Positions 38,676-51,754 of a DNA stretch of 64,000 nt are shown in pieces. A program made the position numbers and the translations under genes. The first letter of the stretch is position 1. Each line of letters begins with the position of its first letter. Below the pieces are notes generated by a model. It searched no databases, was not told the DNA's origin, and was given only the letters and a program-made list of their open reading frames with translations. Source of the DNA: Eledone cirrhosa (taxonomy: Eukaryota); NCBI GenBank assembly GCA_964016885.1, contig OZ024740.1, positions 243,536,001-243,600,000 of the forward strand, read 5' to 3'.

Positions 38676-41540
38676 TCATCATCATCATCATCATCATCAT
38701 CATCGTTTAACATCCATGTTCCACGCTTGCATGGGTTTGGACGGGAGTTTTCCCACTTGAGGCAAGAGTGGTTGTCTTGCTCGCATAGGACTATGTGGCG
38801 GGTTTTCTACAGCTGGATGCCCTTCCTAACACCAACCACATTTACAGTGTAGACTGGGAGGTTTTTACCGTGTTGCCTACACGGCCACATTACAACGTGG
38901 ACTGTGTGTTTTTTTGTCGTGACACCTACACGATCTCATTTGTTTCGGCCTGGATGTTGTGGCACCAACATAACTTTACATTGAAAGGGGCGGTGTGGAT
39001 GGGGTGGTGGTGGTGGGACGGGGGTGCATTTTGTTAGAGATGCCTACTGACTGTAGTAGGTTTTACTTTGTATTTAGGTAAGGCGGGTCTTCTCTATTAC
39101 TGAGTACCGCCAAAGATCTTGGTCCAGTGACATTGTCTTGGAGAGGTGTAAGTGTGTGAGGTCGGAATTTATCAGGTCGTCCCAGGTTTTTCTGGGTCTG
39201 CCTACTCCGTGGCTACCATCTATCTTTATTGCCCTGCACTTTTTTATACAGCTGTCGTCTTTCATGCACATCACGTGACCATACCAACGTAGCCTTCTCT
39301 TGAGTAAACAACATCTGATCCCTCTTATTTCTAATTTTTCCCTTAGTTTGTTTATGCTTTGCCGTTCACGTATATTACTATTACACATCCAGCGGAGCAT
39401 GCAAGCTTCGTTCCTCTCTAGTCTGCGTATATCCTCTGCACACAATGCCCAGGTCTCACTGCCATGCAACATTGCTGTTCGTATGCAGGCATCATACAAC
39501 CTGCCTTTCATTTTTAGGGAGAACCCTTTAGCGGCTAATAGTGGTATAAGCTCTCTGAACTTTTTCCATCCAGTTCTGACTCTAGCTACTGTACTTTCAG
39601 AGCACCCTCCCCCACTGCTGATTTTGTCACCCAGGTAACGGAAGCTGTCCACTATTTCTATAGAACCCTCTGCGCAATTGAAAGAGCTAGTATTTTGTGG
39701 GCACTTGCTGCTACTTATTGCACCAGAGCACCGGCCACATGTAAAATCTATGTTCTTAGTTAGCTTACCTGTGATCCCACTACATCTTTTATGCACCCAT
39801 ACTTTGCATTTGGGACATAAAATGGAGTTTCTACCTACTCCTTTCCTACACACTGAGCATGGCCATTTCCCGGAAGGGACCGGCGCCTTATTTTCTCTCC
39901 TACAAACTAGAACTTTAGTCTTAGCCAGGTTAATTTTAAGGCCTTTTGATTCTAGGCCGTGCTTCCATGTTTGGAATTTCTTCGCTAGCTCGGCCATTGA
40001 TTCAGCTATGAGCGTTAGATCATCTGCGTATAGGAGTTCCCATGAGCAGCCGGTCTTGAACTCCACTGTTATAGCCTGAAGGGCAATAATAAATAGTAGG
40101 GGGCTAAGAACAGAGCCCAGATGAACACCAACTTTTACGCTAAACTCTTCACTATATTCGTTGTTAATTCTAACCTTGCTGACTGTTTCTTTATACATTG
40201 CTTGTATAGCTCTCACAAGCCATTCGTCAACACCTAGTTTTCTAAGAGCCCACCTTATAATGGACCGGGGGACTCTGTCAAAGGCTTTCTCCAAGTCGAC
40301 AAAAGCTAAGTATAGGGGTTTACTTTTAGCTAGGTCCTTCTCCTGTAGTTGACGTACAATGAAAAGAGCGTCTGTGGTACTTTTGCCTGGCACAAACCCG
40401 AACTGTATTTCATCTAGATCAATTCTCTCTCTGATTAGTTGCGTTATTACTTTTTCCGTGACCTTCATGACCTGGTCGATTAATTTAATGCCTCTATAGT
40501 TACTCCTATCTAGGGCATCTCCTTTACCCTTGTAACAGTTAATGATGATGCTGCTATGCCAGTCCTTCGGAACAACCCCATTCTGTATGACTTGGTTTAC
40601 TATCCGGGTGACCATGGTGTGTCCCACCGTTCCAGAGGCTTTCAGCATCTCAGCAACTATTTCCGAAGGCGCAGCCGCCTTACCCGTCTTCATATCTTTG
40701 ATTGCCTTACTTATTATACTACCTTCGACTAACACTGCTGGTCCCTCTATTGGATCGATGTGGGGTGACTGTCTTTCTCCCATTTATTCTCCTCATTTAG
40801 TAGCCTTTTGTAGTGACACTTCCAAGCTACCTTCTTATCAGCATCAGTGATGGCAAGTACGCCAATCATCATTAAGTACACACTTCTCCCCGACAATATC
40901 ACGGTTTTCCTTGACACATTGCCTAGCAATCCTGAACACCTCACGTTTTTGGTCCTCGCGTTGTAGAACATGCTTGAACTTTCTTTCCTCTGCTTCCCTT
41001 CTTGTGAAGTACACTTGTCTCCTAGCTTCCCTCTTGGCCACTTGATAGCCTTCTCTACTTCCCCCATCCTGCCATACTTTCCAAGCCTGCTTTTTGGCCT
41101 TGATTGACTCCTCCACCTTACTGTTCCACCACCATGTTACTCTCCTCCTGCCTACAGGCCTGCTCCAGCCACAGACTTCGTCTGCCGCCATCAGCAGGTT
41201 TGCTTTCAGGAATTCCCACTGTTCCTCTATATTGTACGACTCTAATTGCTCTTCCTTACTGTCGAAACCATCAAGTAATATGCTTTTAAATTTATTTCTG
41301 GCTGTGGGGTCCTTTAGCTTCCATATTTTTCTCCTGAGGATAGTCCTCTTCTGCTGTCTAGTATGTCTCGTCCTGACTATTAGGTCGCTAATTATCAGTC
41401 TATGCTGGGAGGTGCATTCTTCATGGGGGAGGGATTTAGTGTTTACAACAGACACTCTGTCACGTCTTCTGGCTTGTGTGTTCCCCTGATCTATAGGTGA
41501 TCAGGTGATTGTCTCGTTTTTTGAAGTTAGTGTTACAGAT
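38676..41540 (-). mobile_element. 5'-truncated RTE-A, very similar to the 1-3650 copy
   Basis: ORFs 39074..40783 and 40844..41455; (CAT)n tail. Confidence 0.95.
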
Positions 41541-41764
41541 ATATATATATATAGACTTTAAAAAATCTTCATTGTTTACATTATAGCTAATTACTATTCA
41601 AATACTTGGTTTGCTTTATGCCATAATCATATAGGAATTCTATTATGATACTGTGATATTTTTTTAAAGGACGATCAACTTTCGTCAAATCGGACCGAGG
41701 GAACAATGTTTCCGTTGGTCTTTCCAATTGCTAATACTTTCTATCGGTCGCAACTCCAGGTAGA

Positions 41765-41885
41765 AGGAGCAACGTGAAATAAAGTGTCTTGCTCAAGGAC
41801 ATAACGCATCGCCTGGTCCAGGAATCGAACTCACAACCTTACGATTGCGAATCCAATTCTCTAACCACTCAGCCACATGCCTTCA
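41765..41885 (-). mobile_element. tRNA/CORE-type SINE fragment
   Basis: Minus strand gtggctgagtggttag...gttcgattcc...ttgagcaagacact. Confidence 0.7.
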
Positions 41886-42205
41886 CTGTGATATATTAGA
41901 TGCTAATTGGGCTAGTCTATAGATTGATATACATATTATACACACATATAAATATAATCACTTAATTATATATATATAAATACACATTCATACACAAATA
42001 CATACACGTACATACACAAATACATACTGAGACTTATAACCACTACAATAATGTATTGATCAGAAATCAATATGATTTGTAACATGATCTCGGCAATATA
42101 GATTAACTAACACATATTCACACTCAAAGTCACACATAAGTGTGTATGTGTATGTATATATATGTATATATGTGCATGCATATATGTATGTGTGTGTATA
42201 TATAT

Positions 42206-43326
42206 ATCATCATCATCATCAACATCATTTTACGTCTGCTTTTCCCTGCTTGCAAGGGTGGGATGGGTCCTATTCAACACAGCATCTCTCCACTTGTCAC
42301 GGTCCTTCATCATCTCCTCCGTGAGTTTCAGCGATTTGAGGTCTGCTCTCACTACCTCCGCCCATGTTTTTTGTGGTCTACTTCTACTGCGTCTTCCTTA
42401 TACTGGGATTTCTTGACACTTCTTTACCCAGCGGTCATCCTCCATGCGCATCACATGTCCATACCATCTCAGTCTTCTCTCCTGCACACCACAACTTATC
42501 CCTCTTATACCCACTTTCTTTCTCAACTCGTCTATGCTTAGTCGTTCACGCACATTGACATTGAACATCCAACAGAGCATGCTTGCTTCATTTCTCTCCA
42601 GCCGTCGCATATCCTCTGCAGTTGCTGCCCATGTCTCACTACCACTATCGCGCATCTCACACAGGCATCATATAACCGTCCTTTCATACGCAGGGAGAAA
42701 CCCTTCTTTGTCAACAGAGGAAGCAGCGCCCTAAACTTGTTCCAGCCCGTCCTTATTCTGACCTCAGAACACCCCCTCCCATGCTAATCTGATCACCTAG
42801 GTACCGGAAGCTATCCACCACTTCTATAGAACCCACCTGCATTGGAAAAATGTGTCTATCACTGCGATTACTACTGCCAACTTTCCCTGTACATCTACTG
42901 CATACGTAGTTTTCCCTACCTGTTAGTTTGCCTGCTATCCCACTACATCTCTTGTGTACCCAAGATCTGCATTGCGTACATTTTATGGAATTTATGCCAG
43001 TTCCTTTTCTCCATATCGAACATGGCCATTTCCCTGATGGAATCAGAGTTTTGTCCTCTTTTCTACTCATCAACACTTTTGTCTTAGCTAGGTTCACTCT
43101 CAGTCCTCTTGCTTCCAACTGCTGTTTCCATAGCCAGAATTTATTCTCTAGCTCCTCTACTGATTCTGCTATAAGAACCAGATCATCAGCATAGAGAAGT
43201 TCCCATGGACAGCCAGTCTTAAACTCCTCTGTTATGGCTTGGAGGACTATAATGAACAAGAGCGGGCTGAGGACCGAACCCTGATGTACACCTACTTGTA
43301 TCTGGAATTCCTCACTAAACTCCATA
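42206..43326 (-). mobile_element. 5'-truncated RTE-B
   Basis: ORF 42753..43325 with GVHQGSVLSP and YADD; B-type short tail. Confidence 0.92.
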
Positions 43327-43875
43327 GAGAGAGAGATTTAAATCATTATTCAACAGGGTACTTAATACTTGGGATAGTAGAGTGTAACTATATTAGAGCC
43401 AGGCCACGACGGCTTAGCTCTTGCTAATTTGACAGTCAGTTCCTGACTAGTCTGGAATTAGCTGTTGAAATGGCATACATAATTTTGTTGGGGTATAAAG
43501 CTCAAAAGAATACATCCTAAGTTTAGTTTTTTTAACACAATTTTATTATTGTTAAATGTTACTTAGTGCATATTTATATGTCTATATATATACATAGTTT
43601 ATTGGTGTGTAACATTTGATACTTTGTTCCAGCTACTTGTTATATGTGTATATATATATGTGTATATAAGTATGTATACGTACATACATATATGTATACA
43701 GACGTACAGTAGTGTGTATATATATATACATACATGTACACATATATATATATGTACGTATGGGTTTACCGAACATTTATTATAATGTTCTGTTTGTTTG
43801 TAAACAAAGAGCCTGAATTAAGCCATACAGTGTTCGGCAACCATCGTTGCCCCTTTGTTCAACACTGACAAAGGA

Positions 43876-43918
43876 ACGATGAACTAGTTTCAAGCTTATT
43901 AGCTATCGTCAGCATCGT
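43876..43918 (-). ncRNA. Minimal type I hammerhead ribozyme (GUU site)
   Basis: acgatg CTGACGA tagct-aata-agctt GAAA ctag TT catcgt. Confidence 0.8.
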
Positions 43919-44314
43919 ATACCTTCCTGTCAGAGGATTGAATGTTTGAAAGTATATACTTTCCTTATGCATATTAATGGCTGAGCAGCCTAATTTGCAT
44001 ATCGAGTGAGTTAGTCGGCCGGGCGCACCGAAAACGATAAATGGAAAAGAATGAAACAAAATTTTATTTCTCACTCTTAGTACGGCTGATACTTAAATAT
44101 AAGTATATAAGTATGTATACGTACATACATATATGTATACAGACGTACAGTAGTATGTATATATATATACATACATGCACACATATATATATGTACGTAT
44201 GGGTTTACTGAACATTTATTATAATGTTCGGTTTGTTTGTAAACAAAGAGCCCAAATTAAGCCATACAGTGTTCGGCAACCATCGTTGCCCTTTTGTACA
44301 ACACTGACACAGGA

Positions 44315-44357
44315 ACGATGTACTAGTTTCAAGCTTATTAGCTATCGTCAGCATCGT
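44315..44357 (-). ncRNA. Minimal type I hammerhead ribozyme (GUA site)
   Basis: acgatg CTGACGA tagct-aata-agctt GAAA ctag TA catcgt. Confidence 0.8.
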
Positions 44358-44815
44358 ATACCTTCCTGTCAGATGATTGAACGTTTGAAAGTATATACTT
44401 TCCTTATGCATATTAATGGCTGAGCAGTTCCTTACTGTGGTTACTCCCAATTTAACCTGGGACTCACACACACATATATATGTATATAAAAAAAATATTC
44501 TTATGAAGAATTCGTCTCCTGATGATAAAACTTCAGTTCTTCCAGCAAGGGAACAGACAAAGGTAATGTTTTTGAATGCACAAAGCTGTGGAGGGGAACT
44601 GAAGCTCACAAGAGAACAGACAAAAGCTTCAAAAACATTATTTTTGGGGTTCCCTCGCTGTTTTAGTTTGGATTGCCTCGAGAGTGTAACCTTATTATAT
44701 AATGAAGCTGTCTGATGAGATCATGATACTGGTTACGTAAAATCACATGGCCACTGTCAACATTGAAAAATATATCACAGACTTTTTAACATCCACAACA
44801 ACTTTGCAGTTTTCT

Positions 44816-44894
<79 letters not shown>

Positions 44895-44901
44895 CCTCTC
44901 T

Positions 44902-44942
<41 letters not shown>

Positions 44943-44943
<1 letters not shown>

Positions 44944-45120
44944 GAGGTGGTATCGAAAGGTTTCCGAACTAGTTATGTTTAAAATATACTAATATATTTA
45001 CCTAAGATTTAACGTCATCTCCTTCAAAATAGTGACTTTGTGCATCAATGCACTGGTTCTAGCATTCCTGCCACTTTTAGAATCCGACCTGGAAGTTGTT
45101 TTCTGTAAGCGAGTCGAGGG
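44943..45120. mobile_element. Mariner-like terminal fragment inserted in (TA)n
   Basis: TA|cgaggtggtatcgaaaggtttccgaac resembles a mariner TIR. Confidence 0.5.
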
Positions 45121-45234
45121 AAAACATTCTGCATGATGAGTGTGTGTGTGTGTGTGTGTATCATCATCATCAATTAGTATCCGTATAAATGATAGTGATG
45201 ATTATACACACACACACACACACACAAATATATA

Positions 45235-47880
45235 GATATAATCATCGTTATCATTTATATAGACATTATCAAGACCAGCAATTATCCCAGTAAAGTACCA
45301 GTAATGTACTGTGATAATTGCTGGCCTTGTGCCAAAAGTAGAAACAATTTATACAGACATTATATGATGATGATGATACACATACGCAAACATATTATGC
45401 TGAATGCTCTCCAAAGGTATTTCCCCTTTGCTCACTGACACACACACACACACATACAAATACACACACACAACCACACACATGTTAGCTAATCTAAATA
45501 TATATACTGTCCAGGCATTCAGATCATTTTCTAACTATATCGAAGCCGGAAGTGTATCCTTTTCAAACAAATCATGGCAATTTCTGATCAATACCTCATT
45601 GTAGTGAAAATATGTGTGTGTGTGTAAGTATTTGTGAATGTATACATGTGTGTGTATATATATATGTATGTAGATATCAATGAACTCACAATTAAAAGAA
45701 ACCCACCAGTCTACTGTAAGCACTCTCCCTGAAGGTAACCCAGCTAGGAGGTTGAAATCACAATTAGACATCATGGAGAGCAATTCTGCAGAGGGGAAGC
45801 ATGGACTGTTTAAGCCACAGTGAAGGTAACCTGTCCAGGGTAGTAATAACTCTGAAAAACAATTTACATTGCTGTAGATTTTGCCATCCACTGTGAAAGT
45901 AATCTATATAGATGCACAGTAACTCTGGTTACAAGGAAAGGGGGGGAGGAGATGTGGATTCTGCAAATCACAGTGAATGTAAACAAAACTCAAACTTTTA
46001 AAAATAATCCAGATTTAGAGGACAAATCTAAAAATGATTTCTAATTTAGGTACAATGCCAACATTTTGTGAAGAAGGGAAAGTTGATTATACCGACACTA
46101 GTACTTTACTGGTACTTATTGGAAAGATAAAAGGCTAGGAAAACAGCAAATCTGAATCATCATCATCATCATCATCACCGTTTTACGTCAGTTCTTCCAC
46201 ACTAGCATGGGTTAGACGGGTTGTCCTGTTGTGTGCAGTGTCTGGTCGGCTGACCATGCCTTGCTTATACAGGAACTGATCTGGCTTGATTTCTACAGCT
46301 GGATGCCCTTCCTAACACCAACCTCATTTACAGTGAGTGCTGGGTGCTTTTTCGTGGCACCTACACGTCCACTTTACAGTGTGGGCTGGGTGCTTTTTTG
46401 CCGTGGCACCTCCATGACTACCTTGCGGTGGGGGTGTGGGGGCATATTGTTTATATGCTTCAGCATGTACCCATGGGAGGTCGGGTACTCTGTATTACTG
46501 CGTGACGCCAGAAGTCACGGTCGTGTGTCATTGTCTTTGAGAGGTGTAATTGGGTAAGGTCAGCTTTTATCACCTCATCCCAGGTCATCTTGGGTCTCCC
46601 CACTCCGCGGTTTCCATCAACTTCTAGTGCTCTGCACCTTTTTATGCAGCTGTCATCCTTCATGCGCATCACATGTCCATACCAGCGTAACCGCCTCTCC
46701 TGCACACAGCATTTGATTCCTCTTATGCTCAGTCTCTCTCTCAATTCATTTATGCTTTGTCGTTCACGTATATTACTGTTACACATCCATCGGAGCATGC
46801 AGGCTTCGTTTCTCTCTAATCTACGTAAGTCTTCCACCTTCAGCGCCCAGGTCTCACTACCATGCAACATCGCTGTTCAGATACACGCATCATACAGTCT
46901 GCCTTTCATTCTGAGGGAGAAGCCTTTTGCAGCTAGCAGTGGTAGTAGTTCCCTAAACTTCTTCCATCCCGTTCTTACCCTAGTTATTGTACTTTCTGAA
47001 CACCCACCTCCATTGCTAATTCGGTCACCTAGGTAGCAGAAGCTGTCTACTGTTTCTACAGGGCCCTCCCAGAGATTGGTGGTACTTGTTTCCTGTGGCT
47101 GTTTGCTGCTTGCTGTTTCAGCACAGCTGCTGCATGTGAATCCTACATTCTTAATTAAGCTTCCTGAGATCCCGCTACATCTCTTGTGTACCCATTGTTT
47201 GCATTTGGGGCAGAGAATGGAGTTCCTACATACTGAGCAAGGCCATTTCCCTGAGGGGATCTGGGTTCTGTTTTCTCGTCTACTTACAAGGACCTTAGTC
47301 TTTGTCATGTTGACTTTGAGACCCTTTCTCTCTAGTCCCTGCTTCCAGGTTTGGAATTTATTCTCTAGTTCTATCATAGATTCAGCTATGAGTGCGAGGT
47401 CATCAGCATACAGAAGTTCCCATGGGCATCCGGTCTTAAATTCCTCCGTTATTGCCTGCAGGACTATGATGAACAGGAGAGGGCTAAGAACAGAGCCCTG
47501 GTGGACCCCAACCTGTACGCTAAATTCCTCGCTATACTCATTGCTAATCCTAACTTTGCTGACTGCTCCCCTATACATGGCTTGTACCGCTTTCACAAGC
47601 CATTCATCTACTCCTAGTTTTCGAATGGAAAGTGATATAGTATAGAGGGAATACAATCCTGCAAGACAACCTCTCTAGTGCTGGTGGTATATTAAAAAAT
47701 TTATAGCATTTAAAATGTTCCAACAATAAGTGAATGGCCTCTCAATATTTGAGGTTAGAGTGTAAATTATTATGTCTAAATGTACACCTCACCACATATA
47801 TATATATATATATATGCACACATACATGTGTGACTTTGAGAGTGAATGAGTGTGGAAAATGAATGTTATATGGTGATGAT
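45235..47880. repeat. Left arm of an inverted segmental duplication (partner 58275-61625)
   Basis: 45480-46157 and 47623-47875 are reverse complements of about 60770-61440 and 58455-58772. Confidence 0.9.
46158..47622 (-). mobile_element. 5'-truncated RTE-C with GAAT target duplication
   Basis: ORFs 46877..47656 and 46460..46870; gaat at 46154 and 47623; empty site at about 58700. Confidence 0.93.
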
Positions 47881-48532
47881 GATATATATGAAAAGCACTC
47901 ACTGTAAATGTAGTTGGTGCTATGAAGGGCATCCATCCGTAGTAAACCAGTCAGAAACAGTCTTATATGAGCGAGACATGGTCACCCGATCCAACTTGCC
48001 TTTAAATAGGACAAACCCGTCTAACCCATGCTAGCATGGAAGATGGACGTTAAATGTTGATGATGAAGATGATGATATATATGTTAAATAAATAAATGTG
48101 CATACCCCTAAATATATATATATATTAATAAAGCTGACGGCCGTATGTATGTAACACACTTTTCGCCAAATGGCTGGACCAAACGGCACCAAATTTGCAC
48201 CATAGATGTAACATTTTCCAAATAAGAAAGTGAGGATATTTTTGTCTACTAAATTTTAAAAGATTAAAGATATTTTATTGTTTATTTAAATTTAAATATT
48301 CACTTCTTTAAATGTTTCAAATGTTAACACTTCCGGTTAGCGATCACTTGTACAACATTCCTCTCTCTTTCTTAGTCTGTCTTTTTTTATAGATACATAG
48401 CTATAACGTCACGCCCTTATATAATGTCTCTGTATGTCTAGCTGTCTGCACTATGAAAACCATTCTGTACATCGACTTCGCTATCTGTGTGTGTGTGTAT
48501 ATATGTATATAGAGTGTGTATATATGTATATA

Positions 48533-48596
<64 letters not shown>

Positions 48597-49049
48597 TTAG
48601 TATCATAAATAAGAGACAGTTTAATTTGTGCATTTTATTACACCATTCCTTTATACATATATATACGTATATATACATACATAAACATGTTATTGACAGT
48701 TGTATAAAACAGAAGTATAATTGTTTCTACTTTTGGCACAAGGCCAGCAATTACGCCACTACATTACTGGTACTTTATTATATATAACTTCAAAGTAATC
48801 CAACTTATTTTACAAACGGAGTAAAGAAATATATTCTGGATGCAATCCCACAGACCTTCCTTTATTATAGTTAAGATATATATAATACGACATTCCTCTC
48901 TCTTTCTTACTCTGTCTTTTTAGATAGATACATAGCTATAACGTCGCACCCTTATAATATCTCTCTGTCTGGCTGCCTGTCTGCATTGACTTCGCTTCTA
49001 ACCAACTTTTAATTAATTATATATATATATATATAATTATATATTCGTG

Positions 49050-50595
49050 TACATATTTTCAACTGTAATACTGTACTATATATTTTCAACAGTAATACTA
49101 TACTATATATTTTCAACAGTAGTACTGTACTATACCTTTTCAACAGTAATACTGTACTACATATTTACAACAGTAATACTATACTATACTATACATTTTC
49201 AACAGTAATACTGTACTACACTATATATTTTAAACAGTAAGTAATACTGTACTATATATTTTCAACATTAATACTATACTATATATTTTCAACAGTAATA
49301 CTATCTATATATATAAAACTGTGTGTGTGTGAGTTTGAATCCCTAAAACTCGAGAAGCACCCAACCGACTGTTTTCAAACTTTACACATGTAATACTTAT
49401 GTTTCAGGGAGTGTTCTGAGCAAAATGTTTTTCGAATTTTCAATGCCCTAGGGATCGCATTAGGCGACTTAGCGATCTCTCTCTATAATTCTTAGTCTTT
49501 TTAGATAGATACATACATATAACGTCGCGCCCTTATAATATATGTCTGTGTGTCTGGCTGTCTGCATTACGTCACTTCCCTGAGGATGTCTGTCTGTGTG
49601 TATGTGTGTGTCTCTGATTTTGAATCCCTAAAACTCGAGAAGTACCCAACCGACTTTTTTCAAACTTTACATGTGTATTACTTAACTTTTTGATCCCCTA
49701 GGGCCTGCATTAGGTGAAAAACTGCGTTTTTTTCAGTTTTTTAGAGGATTTTTGAGGCGTTACGTCAGACCGATTTCCTTGAAATTGTAACTATGTATTA
49801 GTCAGTCTCTTCTTCATACCGTGAGCAAAGAAAATCCAACTTTTTTATGGCCTAGGGCCCGCATTAGGTGAACAACTTCATATTTTTTTAGCTTTTTAGG
49901 GAATTTTTGAGGCGTTACGTCGAGCCGATTTTCCCGAAATTTCAAGGCATATTATGCACATAAAAAAATTAATTTTATTGATCCCCTAGGGCCCGCATTA
50001 GGTGAAAACCTGCATTTTCCTTGCTTCATCAAGGAAAATCTTAAAGATTATCCAGCCATCAGAGTATTCGGTTTATTTTCTTTACATATTGTCCAGCCAT
50101 GTAGTTTTTCCACGATTAGGTCTGTTGGTGAGCCACGTTCCAAAATACTTTATCCCGGGTACCACTGCTAGTACTATATTTTTCAACACTGATACTATAC
50201 TATACTATATATTTTCAACAGTAATACTATACTATATATTTTCAACTGTAATACTGTACTATACTATATATTTTCAACAGTAATACTACACTATATGTTT
50301 TCAACAGTAATATTATACTATATATTTTCAAAAGTAATACTGTACTATACTATATATTTTCAACAGTAATACTGTACTATATATTTTCAATAGTAATACT
50401 ATACTATATATTTTCAACAGTAATACTGTACTATATATTTTCAACAGTAATACTATACTATATATTTTCAACAGTAATACTGTACTATATATTTTCAACA
50501 GTAATACTATACTATATATTTTCAACAGTAATACTACACTATATATTTTCAACAGTAATACTATACTATATATTTTCAACAGTAATACTATACTA
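49050..50595. repeat. About 27 bp minisatellite (tatattttcaacagtaatact[ag]tacta)n, split by the Helitron
   Basis: Arrays at 49050-49303 and 50172-50595. Confidence 0.9.
49304..50171 (+). mobile_element. Non-autonomous Helitron inserted in the minisatellite
   Basis: A|TCtatatatataaaa ... ccgggtaccactgCTAG|T; removing it restores the repeat unit. Confidence 0.75.
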
Positions 50596-51754
50596 CACAG
50601 ACGGCTTATCGTCTGTTTATCCAAGCGAAGCTAGGTACGTCAGCTATATATATATTTCTGGATGCCGTAGAACATGCCAATGGAAGCCGGGCGCCAGCCG
50701 AACGGGCCAGCTAGTATATATATATATAAAAATAACAATATATGAGGTTATAGTGTAATACCTCACTATTTTCATTGATAAGATAAGATAAGCTCAATAT
50801 ACTTTACAGCCCCCTCTGTTCTTCAGGAGAGAAAAGAAAACTGGATGAATAAAGGGCAGTTCCAGTAGCAGAGCATTTACAATTCAAATTTTAAGAAAAC
50901 CAAGCATAGTATTATTATTATTTATTCATACATCTCTTTGGACATTTCAGCGCAGCTAGGATATTGCATTTATTTGTGGAAAGAATTGGATATTACCAAT
51001 TAATTATTTACTCCATTATGGCTGCTTTATTCAGACTGTATCTCCTCAGGAAATATATATAATAAAATGACAATAAAAAGAGCTCAGTAGCTCAACATCA
51101 TTAGCTAGACATATGTGGCACCTCAAAGAGACCAATATAGAAAACTCAATGAAATGGAAGAAATTAAAAGCCGCCTATTCATACAAACCAGGAAGAAAAA
51201 ATGTCTCATGGAATTTTTATATATCTCAAAGTCTAAACAGAACATTCTCAACAGAAAGTTTGAAATTCTCTCTACATACCTACACAAATGCTCACAATCA
51301 TTCTATTATACTAAATTTTAGAAAACTTAACTATCTAAATCAATACTAGCCTTCAATTGATAACACATAAAACATCAAAAGTAATTAATACCCATAATTA
51401 CATTACAAATTAAAATCAACAAGAGAAATACTTATACTCATCTATTAATACTTTAGGTTAAACATAAGTGTAAATCTGAGTGGGAGAGTATGTATTTGTA
51501 CACATATGTGAATCTGTGTGTATATATACATATTTATGGTTTTTGCACATATGTATGTATAAGGGTATAAATGGACTATTCGCACACCTTTTACACTTCC
51601 CATTCTTGCATTTTCTCTATATACAGACCTAACCCAATTCATTTTGTCCCTTTGTGTATGTGTAAACATATATGTATAAATGTATAAAGGAAAATGTTGT
51701 ATGTTTACATATATGGTTTTCATACACATGGGTATATGTGTGTTTGTATACATA

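Larger units (their letters stand above)
43662..44427 (-). mobile_element. Non-coding tandem repeat (about 439 bp unit, 1.7 copies) with two hammerheads; PLE/retrozyme-like
   Basis: 43662-43988 is repeated at 44103-44427; each copy has a hammerhead core. Confidence 0.85.
48113..50714 (+). mobile_element. Nested non-autonomous Helitron-like elements with an internal minisatellite
   Basis: Shared internal segments at 48354, 48890 and 49480; 3'-type ends gcgaagctaggtacgtcagcta (about 50625-50646) and gccgaacgggccagCTAG (about 50714). Confidence 0.6.

Noticed and set aside
45535-45891. ORF MDGKIYSNVNC... duplicated at 60964..61164, and an opposite-strand 47-codon frame (MNSQLKETHQ...)
   Set aside because: Identity is explained by the recent duplication; no recognisable protein family; could be an exon or UTR but unsupported
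50328-50624. Repetitive ORF (LLLKIYS)n and CRISPR-like periodicity
   Set aside because: Minisatellite with no unique spacers, no cas genes, eukaryotic context
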